DNA from: a virus
Lineage: Duplodnaviria > Caudoviricetes
DNA: 52,429 nucleotides
Reading direction: 5' to 3' (one strand)
Virus record (IMG/VR): IMGVR_UViG_3300032296_002061
Location: 1-52,429 of that record
Shown: piece after piece, positions 15,714-24,745 of the stretch
Layout of the letters: each line of letters starts with the position of its first letter
How positions within the stretch are numbered: position 1 is the first letter of the stretch
Made by a program: the position numbers and the translations under genes
The notes under the pieces: generated by a model
Databases searched by the model: none
What the model saw: the letters and a program-made list of their open reading frames with translations, nothing else
Told to the model about the DNA's origin: nothing

Positions 15714-16082
15714 GGGTAGTCGTCCATTTTGCCCTACGACTACCCAGCCTGAGCACAAAACAGTCTTCTGGGTAGTCTTCCATGGCCGCTAGGTAGTCTT
15801 TGGGTAGTCGTCCAATTTTCTCGTAACTGCATGTATGTATTACAGAAAGTACCAGTTTTACGTATTTGGGTAGTCGTATATCGTATACAGAGGTATGTGA
15901 ATAGAAGAAACATGTTGTATTTATTACTTAGTGGTTTTTTGCACTAAACTATTCCTATAACGCAAATAGGACTACCTGGACTACCTGCGGCTGATTGTTG
16001 TTTGTTGTTGGCAGGTTAGTGGGTAGTCTTTCTATTTATGCACGACTACCCAAGCACGAGATAGGACTACCCGAAGACTACC
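15714..16082. repeat. Putative replication origin: 12 GGTAGTC iterons around an AT-rich core
   Basis: Copies in both orientations near 15714, 15738, 15770, 15792, 15802, 15868, 15970, 15979, 16021, 16044, 16065 and 16076; AT-rich at about 15830-15965; at the strand switch, upstream of the helicase gene. Confidence 0.75.
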
Positions 16083-16084
16083 TG

Positions 16085-16114
16085 TTGACAGGAGTTGGCG
16101 CATTGCGCTAGGGT
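16085..16114 (+). promoter_or_regulatory. Rightward sigma70-type promoter
   Basis: TTGACA-18 bp-TAGGGT upstream of the replication genes. Confidence 0.5.
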
Positions 16115-16283
16115 TTGCCTTGGACGAAATGCGCTATGCAACGGCGCATCGAAATGGAGTATCCGATGACTTTGCGTTTATCGCCCACGTCACCAGTATG
16201 GCTTGTCGTAGCGTTTTCTCCATTTCCGCTACGAACGAGGTTGCACCTATTGGCGGCGTGGGCGATGACCGGGAGGTCTGGCT

Positions 16284-17555
16284 ATGAACAGAATTAGGAT
16301 TGTTCATCCGGTGATTACGTTTCCGGTGATGGGTACTCGCGGGCCGTCTAAGCAGCACGCGGAGAATACGGAAGCGTTGTTGGATGCGTATGGGATTAGC
16401 CTTCGCTACAACCTGATGCGGCATGGGTTGGAGATGGAGATACCTGGGTTTGAGACCGAGAGTGAGCGTTCGGAGAACGCGACGGTGCAGTGTTTCAAGA
16501 GCTTGGTTCAGCGGCATGGGTTGAGTGCGGAGAACTCGCTTGGGCATTTGAACTTCTTGGCGCCTGCTTACCATCCGGTGCGGGATTGGATTTTGTCGCG
16601 GCCTTGGGATGGCGTTGACCGGATGCCGGATTTCATGGCGACGATTGGTCTTGCTGAGAGCGAGAAGGCGCACTTGGCTGGAATGTTGATTCGGAAATGG
16701 TTGGTTGGTGCGGTGCGGGCGGTGATGCCAGATGAGACTTCTGGTCGGCCGTTTACGCCTCAGGGTGTGCTGACTTTTCAGGGGCCGCAGGGCATTGGTA
16801 AGACGGAGTGGTTCAAGTCGCTGGCGCCTCAGGACAAGGATTGGATTTGCACCGGGCGCGTGCTTGACCCGCACAATCGGGATTCGATTCAGCAGGCGAC
16901 TGGTTACTGGATTACGGAGCTTGGCGAGTTGGACGCGACGTTCAAGCGGTCGGACGTTGTGGCCATGAAGGCGTTTGTGACCCAGCCGTTTGATGTCTAC
17001 CGCACGGCTTACGCCATGCGCGAGGAGCGCATTCCCAGGCGCACGATGCTTAGCGCAAGCGTGAATCCGCAGGAGTTTTTGGCCGACGAGACGGGTAATC
17101 GGCGCTGGTGGGTTGTGGCGGTCGATACGCTGGACTGGGACCATAAGGTCGATATGCAGCAGCTATGGGCGCAGGTCGCGGTGATTGCGCAGAGCGGTGA
17201 AAGCTGGTGGTTGAACCGCGAAGAGATTGAGTTGCTAAATGCGTCCAACGAGGACCATGAGATTGTCGACCCGCTGATTGCTGAGCTTGAGGAAACTTGG
17301 CGCATTCCGGTGCTAAGCGATACCCAGAAGCAGCCGCGTGTGAAGCTGGCCGAAATCTGGAAGGCGCTTCCCAGTTATGGTCATGGGGCTATGGATTGTA
17401 AGCAGTCACGCCTTTTGGCTAACAAGCTTCGGCGCATGGGCGCGGAGAACGGCAAGACCAAGGGCTTGACTACATTTTGCGTCGAGAGGGTTCCGCAAAC
17501 CAATGTGCCTACCGGGTTTGCTAGCGCATTCAAGCCGGTGCGTTACGACGACTAG
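16284..17555 (+). CDS. vapE: VapE-family (virulence-associated E) P-loop helicase
   Basis: YHPVRDW, Walker A GPQGIGKT, WITELGELD, YRTAY, FLADETGNRRWW. Confidence 0.9.
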   Translation: MNRIRIVHPVITFPVMGTRGPSKQHAENTEALLDAYGISLRYNLMRHGLEMEIPGFETESERSENATVQCFKSLVQRHGLSAENSLGHLNFLAPAYHPVRDWILSRPWDGVDRMPDFMATIGLAESEKAHLAGMLIRKWLVGAVRAVMPDETSGRPFTPQGVLTFQGPQGIGKTEWFKSLAPQDKDWICTGRVLDPHNRDSIQQATGYWITELGELDATFKRSDVVAMKAFVTQPFDVYRTAYAMREERIPRRTMLSASVNPQEFLADETGNRRWWVVAVDTLDWDHKVDMQQLWAQVAVIAQSGESWWLNREEIELLNASNEDHEIVDPLIAELEETWRIPVLSDTQKQPRVKLAEIWKALPSYGHGAMDCKQSRLLANKLRRMGAENGKTKGLTTFCVERVPQTNVPTGFASAFKPVRYDD

Positions 17556-17563
17556 GAGGGGAA

Positions 17564-17782
17564 ATGGAAACGAAGTTTGATGTTGCTGATGAGTATTCGA
17601 TTGGCATCAAGTGTATGCACTGTGGGCACAACAAGTTGCACGCACCAATTTTGGTTACTGGCAATATTGGCCTTTATACCTTCATCGAGGTTGGTTGCCT
17701 GAAGTGTCACAAACAAACCTTTGTGAACTTCCACATCGTGGATAACGAAGTTTCCGTTTCCGTAACGGATTCTGAGCCATGA
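17564..17782 (+). CDS. Small zinc-ribbon protein
   Basis: CMHC...CLKC. Confidence 0.6.
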   Translation: METKFDVADEYSIGIKCMHCGHNKLHAPILVTGNIGLYTFIEVGCLKCHKQTFVNFHIVDNEVSVSVTDSEP

Positions 17783-17997
17783 TTAACCTTTACAAAGAAG
17801 ACGGCTATACGCGCCTTGCCTGTCCGGCCTGCCACAGCATCAAGCTGCGGGCGATGGCGACGGTGATGCCGTATGACGTAAAGCAGGTAAGCGTGCATAG
17901 CAAGTGCTTGGATTGCCATGCGACGTTGTTGTTCCAGTTTATCCTGGGTTCCAAGCGCATCACGATTAACGTACTTGAGGGGAAAGACAATGGCTAA
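17779..17997 (+). CDS. Small zinc-ribbon protein (probable paralogue of the previous gene)
   Basis: CPAC...CLDC; same length and Cys spacing. Confidence 0.6.
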   Translation: MINLYKEDGYTRLACPACHSIKLRAMATVMPYDVKQVSVHSKCLDCHATLLFQFILGSKRITINVLEGKDNG

Positions 17998-18313
17998 CTT
18001 CAACCAGTTTACGATGCTTGGCCGGCTGGGCCGTGATGCGGAAGCTCGGCAGGCGGCTACGCCAGTGACCAAGTTGAACGTGGCGACTTCGGTCGGCTAT
18101 GGCGACAAGCAGAAGACCTTGTGGATGAACGTGACGGTCTTCGGGAAGTCGGCCGAGTTTGCGGCCAAGCTGAAGAAGGGCGCGGAAGTTCTGGTGTCCG
18201 GCTACCTTGAGCCTAACGAGTGGGCGAAAGATGGCGTGACGCACAAAGACATTGTGATGGTCGCCAACACCGTCCAGGCTGTGGGCGCCAAGCAGGATGC
18301 AGTGCCGTTCTGA
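17990..18313 (+). CDS. ssb: Single-stranded DNA-binding protein
   Basis: NQFTMLGRLGRDAE, WMNVTVFGK, KKGAEVLVSG, C-terminal PF. Confidence 0.92.
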   Translation: MANFNQFTMLGRLGRDAEARQAATPVTKLNVATSVGYGDKQKTLWMNVTVFGKSAEFAAKLKKGAEVLVSGYLEPNEWAKDGVTHKDIVMVANTVQAVGAKQDAVPF

Positions 18314-19707
18314 TGAACCTGCGTCCGTACCAGAAAGACACGATTGACCGCTGCCGATTGGCTTTCTTTGTAGGCCACAAGCGGGTGGTGCTCCAAGCCG
18401 GCACGGGGTCGGGTAAGAGCATCATGGCGGCGGCGATCGTGCAGGCTGCCGTTGCCCGTGGTAAGCGCGTGTTGTTTACGACGCACCGTCGAGAGATTCA
18501 TGCCCAGACGATGGGCAAGCTTCAATTGGCGGGTGTCGCAGCAGCCGAGCTTACTGCGGGCAAGGCAGTTCCTGACGCTCAGGTAATTGCTGCGTCACAA
18601 CAGACACTTGCACGCCGCATCATACCTGCGGTTGATTTTGTGATCATCGACGAGGCGCACTCGGGCATCGAGCAGACCCGGCGCCTGATGGATGCGCTAC
18701 CCTCAGCCCACTTCCTGTTGCTGACCGCGACTCCATGCCGCACCGATGGCCAGCCACTACCTGCTGACCACATTGTGTGCGGCCCGTCGATTGTGGAGTT
18801 GCAGCAGCAGGGCCACCTCGTTCCTACTCGGTTGTACGGCGTTGAGTCGCCTGACTTGGCCGGCATCCCGATGCGCCATGGCGACTATGCGCAGGGTGCG
18901 CTGGAGACTGCCTATCGCGGCACGCGGCTGGTAGGCCAGGTAGCGGAGAACTGGCAGAAGCTTTGCGCTGGACGGCGCACGCTCTTGTTTGCTTCGGGCG
19001 TGGACCACAGCAAGGAATGCCGCGATGCGTTATTGCGTGCGGGTGTGCGTGCGGCACATGTGGATGGTGGCACACCGGAGGCAGAGCGGGCGCAGACTTG
19101 GGAGCGGCTGAGGCGCCATGAGCTTGATGTGGTGTGCAGCGTGGGCGTGGCGATCGAGGGCTTGGACATTCCTGAGGTGTCGGCTGTGTACTTGGCCCGC
19201 GCTACTGCAAGCGTGACGGTGTACCTGCAAGCGATCGGTCGGGGGATGCGACCTGGTGGTTCTCCTGACTTGGTGATTGTCGATGCTGGCGGCAACGTGT
19301 GGCGTCATGGTTTGCCTGAAGAGCATCGCGAGTGGTCGTTGGCTGAGCGTGTAGCTAAGGAAAAAGCTTTGACCTTACAGCACTGCCCCCAGTGTCTTGC
19401 AGTGTTTGCGCCTACTTCTGCCTGCCCGCGTTGTGGCCATGTTGCTACTGCCGCTGAGCGCAAGCCTCCGCAGCAGGTGGTGGGTGAGTTGAAGGAAATC
19501 ACCCAAGCCGAACTGGATCGGCGCGAGCGTGAGCGTAGCAAGATGGTGCCACCTCGTCCCTGCCCACCTTGGGCTGCGGCATTTGCGCACGTGTGGCATA
19601 GGCTTGAGCGTAAGCGGCATGAGTTTGGTTACGCGCTTGGCGATGGCAATCGGTTTAGCGGATACAGCGCGGCGATGATGTTGCGGCACATGAAGAGGGC
19701 TGCGTGA
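18313..19707 (+). CDS. SF2 DEAD/DEAH-box helicase with C-terminal zinc ribbon
   Basis: LRPYQ, GTGSGKS, DEAH, LTATP, EGLDIP, QAIGRGMR, CPQC..CPRC. Confidence 0.92.
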   Translation: MNLRPYQKDTIDRCRLAFFVGHKRVVLQAGTGSGKSIMAAAIVQAAVARGKRVLFTTHRREIHAQTMGKLQLAGVAAAELTAGKAVPDAQVIAASQQTLARRIIPAVDFVIIDEAHSGIEQTRRLMDALPSAHFLLLTATPCRTDGQPLPADHIVCGPSIVELQQQGHLVPTRLYGVESPDLAGIPMRHGDYAQGALETAYRGTRLVGQVAENWQKLCAGRRTLLFASGVDHSKECRDALLRAGVRAAHVDGGTPEAERAQTWERLRRHELDVVCSVGVAIEGLDIPEVSAVYLARATASVTVYLQAIGRGMRPGGSPDLVIVDAGGNVWRHGLPEEHREWSLAERVAKEKALTLQHCPQCLAVFAPTSACPRCGHVATAAERKPPQQVVGELKEITQAELDRRERERSKMVPPRPCPPWAAAFAHVWHRLERKRHEFGYALGDGNRFSGYSAAMMLRHMKRAA

Positions 19708-20039
19708 ACCGTTCGGAAGATGTTGAGATTCGCGAGTTCATGCTGGCGGTGGGCGCTGTGCCTCGGGTGCATGTGCAGCGGATGCACGTGCTTAAAGCGC
19801 GACTCGCCTCTGGTGTCTATCTGATGAGTGCGCCTCCAGGCACACCGGATGTGTACTGCTGCGCGGGCGGGCATCACGTGTGGCTGGAGTTCAAGCGGCC
19901 TGGTGGCGGCAGGGCTGAAGAAAGTCAGAAGGTGTGGCACAATGCGCTGCGTGCGGCCGGCGGGGAAGTGTGGGTTGTGCGAGATGGCAAGAAGGCGGCA
20001 GCAGACATCTTGAAGCTATTGGAGGGGAACAATGGCTGA
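19704..20039 (+). CDS. VRR-NUC nuclease
   Basis: PGTPD...WLEFKRPGG...SQKVW. Confidence 0.85.
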   Translation: MNRSEDVEIREFMLAVGAVPRVHVQRMHVLKARLASGVYLMSAPPGTPDVYCCAGGHHVWLEFKRPGGGRAEESQKVWHNALRAAGGEVWVVRDGKKAAADILKLLEGNNG

Positions 20040-20358
20040 GTGCTTGGCTGATGGCCTTTCGCCAGAGGTTGTGAGCTTCACTGGCTTCAAGCCACGTCCG
20101 GTTCCTACCTGTGCGTGCGCGTGGTGCGTGAAGGCACAAGCCTTTAACGGCCCACCGTCTTTGTACCCTGCTTGTCGCTGTGACCAGTGCTCAGCCTTCA
20201 AGATGAGCGATATGCCGGAGCACTACCTGCGCATCTGCCCTTCGCATGGTGTGCGATATACGGTTGACCGTTCGGAACCAGACGAGTGCCAAGGTTGCCT
20301 TGGTTTTAGTAAAGAGGTTAGTAATGGAACGTTGCCCGACTTGTCAGCAACCTATTGA
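20032..20358 (+). CDS. Hypothetical Cys-rich protein
   Basis: GGAGG RBS; several Cys clusters. Confidence 0.5.
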   Translation: MAECLADGLSPEVVSFTGFKPRPVPTCACAWCVKAQAFNGPPSLYPACRCDQCSAFKMSDMPEHYLRICPSHGVRYTVDRSEPDECQGCLGFSKEVSNGTLPDLSATY

Positions 20359-20511
20359 AAAGACTGTTTACTCATTTCTTGAATCGCTGCCAGAAGATTA
20401 CGATTCGTGTCAGCTTCAAGCTTTGAGCGAAAGCATTCGGCCGTTGCCGATTGTGACTGAGCACGACGAAGATTAGTTGCAACTAAATAGCTTTAGCCAT
20501 ACGCTGTTTGT

Positions 20512-20847
20512 ATGGCGAAAGACGATACGCACATTCCACCTGAGTCTGTTGCTGCTGCGGCCCGTCGTGGTCTGGCGCTGCGCGAGAAGCAGTCACCGTC
20601 GAATCGTGGCGGCACGGAGGTCGGTCTTGCGCGGGCCAAGCAGTTGGCCAATCGTGAGCCGGTGAGTGAGTCGACGATGGCTCGCATGAACAGCTTCTTT
20701 GCGCGCCATGCAGTGGACGCCAAGGGTGAGGGCTGGGGCGAGGACAGTAAGGGTTGGCAGGCGTGGCTTCTGTGGGGCGGCAATCCAGGTCGTAGCTGGG
20801 CACAGCAGATTGCCAAGGGCCGTCTGAAGAAGATGCAGGAGAAGTAG
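20512..20847 (+). CDS. Conserved phage protein (WLLWGG family), probably head-associated
   Basis: GGTEVGLARAKQLA, RMNSFFARH, AWLLWGG..G..WA. Confidence 0.7.
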   Translation: MAKDDTHIPPESVAAAARRGLALREKQSPSNRGGTEVGLARAKQLANREPVSESTMARMNSFFARHAVDAKGEGWGEDSKGWQAWLLWGGNPGRSWAQQIAKGRLKKMQEK

Positions 20848-20849
20848 CC

Positions 20850-21002
20850 ATGCCTTTCAAGTCGCAAGCTCAGCGCGGATTTATGTACGCTAAGCATCCT
20901 GAGATTGCCAAGCGGTGGGAAAAGGAAACGCCTAAGGGCAAGCTTCCTGAGCACGTAATGCAATCAATCGCCAAGGAACGCTTGGCGAAGATGAAGAAAT
21001 AG
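20850..21002 (+). CDS. Small conserved phage protein (50 aa, not in the ORF track)
   Basis: MPFKSQAQRGFMYAKHPEIAKRWEKETPKGKLPEHVMQSIAKERLAKMKK; GGAG RBS. Confidence 0.7.
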   Translation: MPFKSQAQRGFMYAKHPEIAKRWEKETPKGKLPEHVMQSIAKERLAKMKK

Positions 21003-21078
21003 TATTGACGAACTTTTTGGTTTGTGGCAAGCGTGCCTCACGCCGGCAGTTCGGCCCCTCACACTAGGAGAATAGACA

Positions 21079-21807
21079 ATGGCTAATTTCGCTTCTAAGG
21101 AGGGAACGCTCGGTGCAGGCGTTGCCCAGACTTTCAACTTCAAGGCTCTGCTTGGCGTGAACGCCACGTCGCTGACCTACAGCAACGACAGTGCCTCTTC
21201 GACCCATCAGCTTTCGATCGACGGTTTTACGTTCACCGTGAAGCCCAGCGAGAGCCGTGTGATCAGCGGCGTGGAGAACTGGGAGGTTCTGACGATCGGT
21301 GGTGACGGTGGCTCGACCGGCCCGTATCGCTGCTATGCCACTAGCTCGGTGGTTCCGGCGACGATCGACAAGCCGTATGGCGGTCCCATCACCACTGCTG
21401 GTCTGGCTGACGACTCGGTGACCGACGCCAAGCTGGCGGTGGGCGCGCACGTGACTGCGGTGGCTGGCTCGCCGTTCCCGTGTCAGGTGATTGTGGTTGA
21501 CGTGGCGAACGCCGCTGGCGCTCAAGACCTGACCGGCCTTGTTGGCAAGCATGAGTTGCTTCATGCTTATGCCACGTTCGCTGCGCCGGCTGCTGGTACC
21601 AAGCTGGAGATTCAGACCGCTGGTGGCGCCGCCACCGTGGCTACGATTACGGCTGGTGCGATTACTGCTGGCACTACCGTGTTCGCGAATCCGATTGACG
21701 CGACCGCAGCCATTTTCGCTTCGGGCGCGACTATCCGTGTTAACCGGACTCTCGCTGGCGGCTCGTCGCTTTCGCGTCTGGTGCTTGTGTTCATGAAGGT
21801 CGCCTAA
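21079..21807 (+). CDS. Probable virion decoration protein (two beta-rich domains)
   Basis: AGGAG RBS; A/G/T-rich; LADDSVTDAKLA linker. Confidence 0.6.
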   Translation: MANFASKEGTLGAGVAQTFNFKALLGVNATSLTYSNDSASSTHQLSIDGFTFTVKPSESRVISGVENWEVLTIGGDGGSTGPYRCYATSSVVPATIDKPYGGPITTAGLADDSVTDAKLAVGAHVTAVAGSPFPCQVIVVDVANAAGAQDLTGLVGKHELLHAYATFAAPAAGTKLEIQTAGGAATVATITAGAITAGTTVFANPIDATAAIFASGATIRVNRTLAGGSSLSRLVLVFMKVA

Positions 21808-21826
21808 TCAGCAAGGAGGCTAAGTC

Positions 21827-22126
21827 ATGGCAAGCTTTGCTGCACAGGAGTCCACGCTTGTGGCCAATACCGCTCAGTTCTTCTTCTTCAAGAAGGAACT
21901 GGGTGGCTTTGGTGCGCAGTCGCTGGTCTACATGAACGACAGCGCCAACATCCATACGCTTCAGCTTGATAACGGTTCCACCTTCACGGTGGCCGGCGGC
22001 AAGCAGCGTGTGGTGACGGGCCTGTCGGAGTCGACCGTGCTCAAGATTGGTGGCAACGCTGCTAGCCAAGGCGCCTATCGTCTTGCCGCTAGCTCGGAGC
22101 TTGAGCCGCCAATCATCGAGTTGTAA
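21827..22126 (+). CDS. Paralogue of the N-domain of 21079-21807
   Basis: MASFAAQE..AQFF..SLVYMNDSA..TFTV..RVV.G..VLKIGG..G.YR aligns with the upstream gene. Confidence 0.65.
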   Translation: MASFAAQESTLVANTAQFFFFKKELGGFGAQSLVYMNDSANIHTLQLDNGSTFTVAGGKQRVVTGLSESTVLKIGGNAASQGAYRLAASSELEPPIIEL

Positions 22127-22148
22127 GATCCTTTTGGGGGATCACATC

Positions 22149-22188
22149 AAGGCCCGTCTGGACGTTCCAGGCGGGCTTTGGTGTTTTT
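22149..22188. terminator. Rho-independent terminator between convergent genes
   Basis: AAGGCCCGTCTGGA-CGT-TCCAGGCGGGCTTT followed by a T-rich tail. Confidence 0.75.
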
Positions 22189-22191
22189 GGC

Positions 22192-22860
22192 CTACGCCAT
22201 CGCATACCGGCGCGCACTGGTAATCGTGAACAAACCACCGGTCTGAGTGCGATAGCCTGATTCGTTCAGGTCAGCGGCAATGTCCGACCAGCTCAAGTCG
22301 CGCTCACGCAGCAACTTGGCTCGGTTAATCGCCTCACAACTCACGCTGCACCGCTCCAGCACCCCATCTTCGCGCACACGCTTGCCCAGCGGCACTGCGC
22401 CAGCACGCTTGCCAGCAGCTTTGAGCACCGACAACGCCGCCTTGGTGCGCTCGGCAATGACTTCGCGCTCCCATTCGGACACCGAAGCCAGAATATTGAG
22501 CACCAACCGGCCAGAAGCACTGCGCGTATCGACTTGATCACCCACAGAGAACAGCGTGTAGGGGCTGGAAACGAAGTATTCGTGCAAAATCTTGCCCAAG
22601 TCCTGCACGCTGCGAGTCAAACGGTCGAGCTTAGCCACCAGAATACCGTCGACACCATGACCAAGCATGGAAAGACACCGCAACAACGCAGGCCGCTCCA
22701 TGGTTTTTGCAGAAATCCCAGCGTCAACCTCGATTGCTACGATATCCAAATCGTAAAGCTTGGCGTATACGCGCACTTTGTCCTCTTGCGCAGCCAAACC
22801 CAGACCAGAATCAGCCTGCTCGTTGGTCGAAACCCGAAGATATGCAACAACGCGAGTCAT
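22192..22860 (-). CDS. Serine recombinase (resolvase catalytic domain plus short recombinase-type DNA-binding domain)
   Basis: AYLRVST, DAGISAK..RPAL, KLDRLTRS, EWEREVIAERTK, IAADLNESG. Confidence 0.92.
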   Translation of the reverse strand: MTRVVAYLRVSTNEQADSGLGLAAQEDKVRVYAKLYDLDIVAIEVDAGISAKTMERPALLRCLSMLGHGVDGILVAKLDRLTRSVQDLGKILHEYFVSSPYTLFSVGDQVDTRSASGRLVLNILASVSEWEREVIAERTKAALSVLKAAGKRAGAVPLGKRVREDGVLERCSVSCEAINRAKLLRERDLSWSDIAADLNESGYRTQTGGLFTITSARRYAMA

Positions 22861-23036
22861 TTTACCTCCAGCGGCGTCAGGTCTACCTGAAATTTGCGAA
22901 TATCATCCATCTTGTAGCGTCGCCGCCGCGTCGGCGTGTGGTAAACCGTAAGAATCTTGCGCTTTACCCAGCGACGCACGGTCGTTTCGCTAACTCCCAG
23001 CAACTTTGCTGCATCTTGCTCCGATACCAGTTCCAT
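22857..23036 (-). CDS. MerR-type HTH / excisionase-like protein
   Basis: AAKLLGVSETTVRRWV...TPTRRRRY; GGAGGT RBS; ATGA overlap with the recombinase. Confidence 0.8.
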   Translation of the reverse strand: MELVSEQDAAKLLGVSETTVRRWVKRKILTVYHTPTRRRRYKMDDIRKFQVDLTPLEVK

Positions 23037-23055
23037 CCCGTCACCTCCTTGGCGC

Positions 23056-23132
23056 AGATTGCACCCCTTTGCGCGGGTTGTCAACCTTTTGCACAAAGGT
23101 GCTTGCCAATAGGTCTAAACGTGCGATATGGT
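23056..23132. promoter_or_regulatory. Divergent promoter region
   Basis: Minus strand TTGACA-17-CAATCT; plus strand TTGCCA...TATGGT. Confidence 0.4.
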
Positions 23133-23140
23133 GCGGGTGC

Positions 23141-23641
23141 ATGTTTGGGGATTTCGACGATCAAGAACAACTTGCACCACCCGGCCACGAAAGCGACGTG
23201 TTCGCCAACGCGGAGGTACCTGCGCCAGGTTTTGCTGGCAGGTATTACAACGTATCGTGGGAGATTGCGGGCCGTGCTGGCGCAATCACCGACCGCAAGC
23301 CGCTTGAGATGACGACTTCGTGGACGCATGAGGATATGGTCGCGGTGTATCAGGCGATTGCTGTGGTGGATGAGCAAGCGTTTATCTCGGTTAGCGTTCG
23401 TTATCGGCACATGGGTATTCCGATTGTGTTGTGTACTGCGAGCATGGGTGTGCCAGATCGAGGGGCGCCTAGACGCTATGAAGAACGAGATGATGATGGG
23501 TGGCCGGCGCTGATTATCGAATGCCACCAGCGAGCACTTGAACCATTGCAAGGCCCAGGGCGCAAGATGATGGAAGAGCTGGCGCGCAAGAACTTGACCG
23601 AGCTATTGGAAGACCTGAAGCACAAGGAGGAGTTGTCGTGA
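23141..23641 (+). CDS. Hypothetical protein
   Basis: ORF at the head of a coupled gene run. Confidence 0.55.
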   Translation: MFGDFDDQEQLAPPGHESDVFANAEVPAPGFAGRYYNVSWEIAGRAGAITDRKPLEMTTSWTHEDMVAVYQAIAVVDEQAFISVSVRYRHMGIPIVLCTASMGVPDRGAPRRYEERDDDGWPALIIECHQRALEPLQGPGRKMMEELARKNLTELLEDLKHKEELS

Positions 23642-24174
23642 ACTATGACCAGACGGACTTGGAGTTGCTGCGCCAATGCGGCATCGATAGTGGTGGGCCA
23701 GTAAACTGGAGTCTTGATGATTACCTGTCGATGGCTCACTGCGATTACGTGCTTCGATTTAAGCGCGGTGGTGAAGCCAAGGTTCGTATGCGTCTATTGA
23801 TTCGCAAGGCTCAAGGCTGCTATCGGCGTGAGCGCGGTGACTTGTCGATGTGCCCGTGGGATGAGGATTACGAGCGCAAACCTATGCAGGAGGTGCGCCC
23901 TTCTTATGAAGCCGACTTGCGCATGGCTCCTCCTGCCAACGCTCGCGATTTGATCGTCGACTTCTTGGAGCGCAACAACCGGCGCCAGAAGCGAGCCGAC
24001 ATTATCGAGGCTATGGTGGCTCGTCGTTACAGCGCGGACACGATTGATGAGGCGCTGGGTTCGCTTGTGATGGACGGCAAGATTCATCGCGAGGCGTGGG
24101 GCATGTACTCGCTCGACGCGAAGAAGACCAAGACCAAGAACAAGGATGAGGAAGTGGAAGATGCGCAAGTATAA
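23638..24174 (+). CDS. Hypothetical protein with C-terminal winged-helix-like segment
   Basis: IVDFL..RADII..IDEALGSLVMDGKIHR..WGMY. Confidence 0.6.
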   Translation: MNYDQTDLELLRQCGIDSGGPVNWSLDDYLSMAHCDYVLRFKRGGEAKVRMRLLIRKAQGCYRRERGDLSMCPWDEDYERKPMQEVRPSYEADLRMAPPANARDLIVDFLERNNRRQKRADIIEAMVARRYSADTIDEALGSLVMDGKIHREAWGMYSLDAKKTKTKNKDEEVEDAQV

Positions 24175-24745
24175 GCACCCTCTTGGCGGCAACACGCTGC
24201 ACATGGCAGCAGACGGCACTGGCGCATTCTCGCTTGAGGACGGCGTTCCGCTTGGCGAGGGAGACGAGGTTGATGTTGGTGTTTCGCGAATCACGGAAGA
24301 ACTGAACAACCTGCGTGTTGCGGTGCAAGGCATCATTCGGTCGTGGGTTGACTACAGCGGTATTGAGCTTGGTCACGATCGCTGGGGCAAGCGCCACGGC
24401 AAGGTTGCTAAGTTGAACTCAGCCGATATGGACCACATCTCAGACAACACGTTTACTGCGATCAAAACGCTTGCTCTAAAGGCCATGGAGACGTGCCAGC
24501 AGTACAAGCCGGATGATGCGGTCGACATTGAGGGCATCGATATGCTCACGCAACTCTGCAATGTGCTGATGCGCGTGAACATGCAGAAGGACTGTGCGCC
24601 CGGGATTGTGCTCGGTGTTCGCTGGTTTTATTGCGACGGTCTGGTTCGCAACCTGCGCTTGCGCAAGAAGCACCGTGCTGATGGTTTGCAGCAGTGGCGA
24701 CAAGCTCTGTTTGAAGCAACTAGGTTGATCGAGGCAATTGGCTAA
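24161..24745 (+). CDS. Hypothetical protein
   Basis: Coupled ORF. Confidence 0.6.
   Translation: MRKYKHPLGGNTLHMAADGTGAFSLEDGVPLGEGDEVDVGVSRITEELNNLRVAVQGIIRSWVDYSGIELGHDRWGKRHGKVAKLNSADMDHISDNTFTAIKTLALKAMETCQQYKPDDAVDIEGIDMLTQLCNVLMRVNMQKDCAPGIVLGVRWFYCDGLVRNLRLRKKHRADGLQQWRQALFEATRLIEAIG

Noticed and set aside
15399-15775. Short ORFs in the control region (for example 15521-15727)
   Set aside because: No convincing RBS or protein-like sequence, and they overlap repeat elements
15714-16082. GGTAGTC repeats as a CRISPR array
   Set aside because: The repeats are 7-8 bp, irregularly spaced and in mixed orientation, and no cas genes are present
22192-23036. IS607 insertion sequence
   Set aside because: The HTH and recombinase are separate genes, the recombinase has its own C-terminal DNA-binding region, and there is no tnpB
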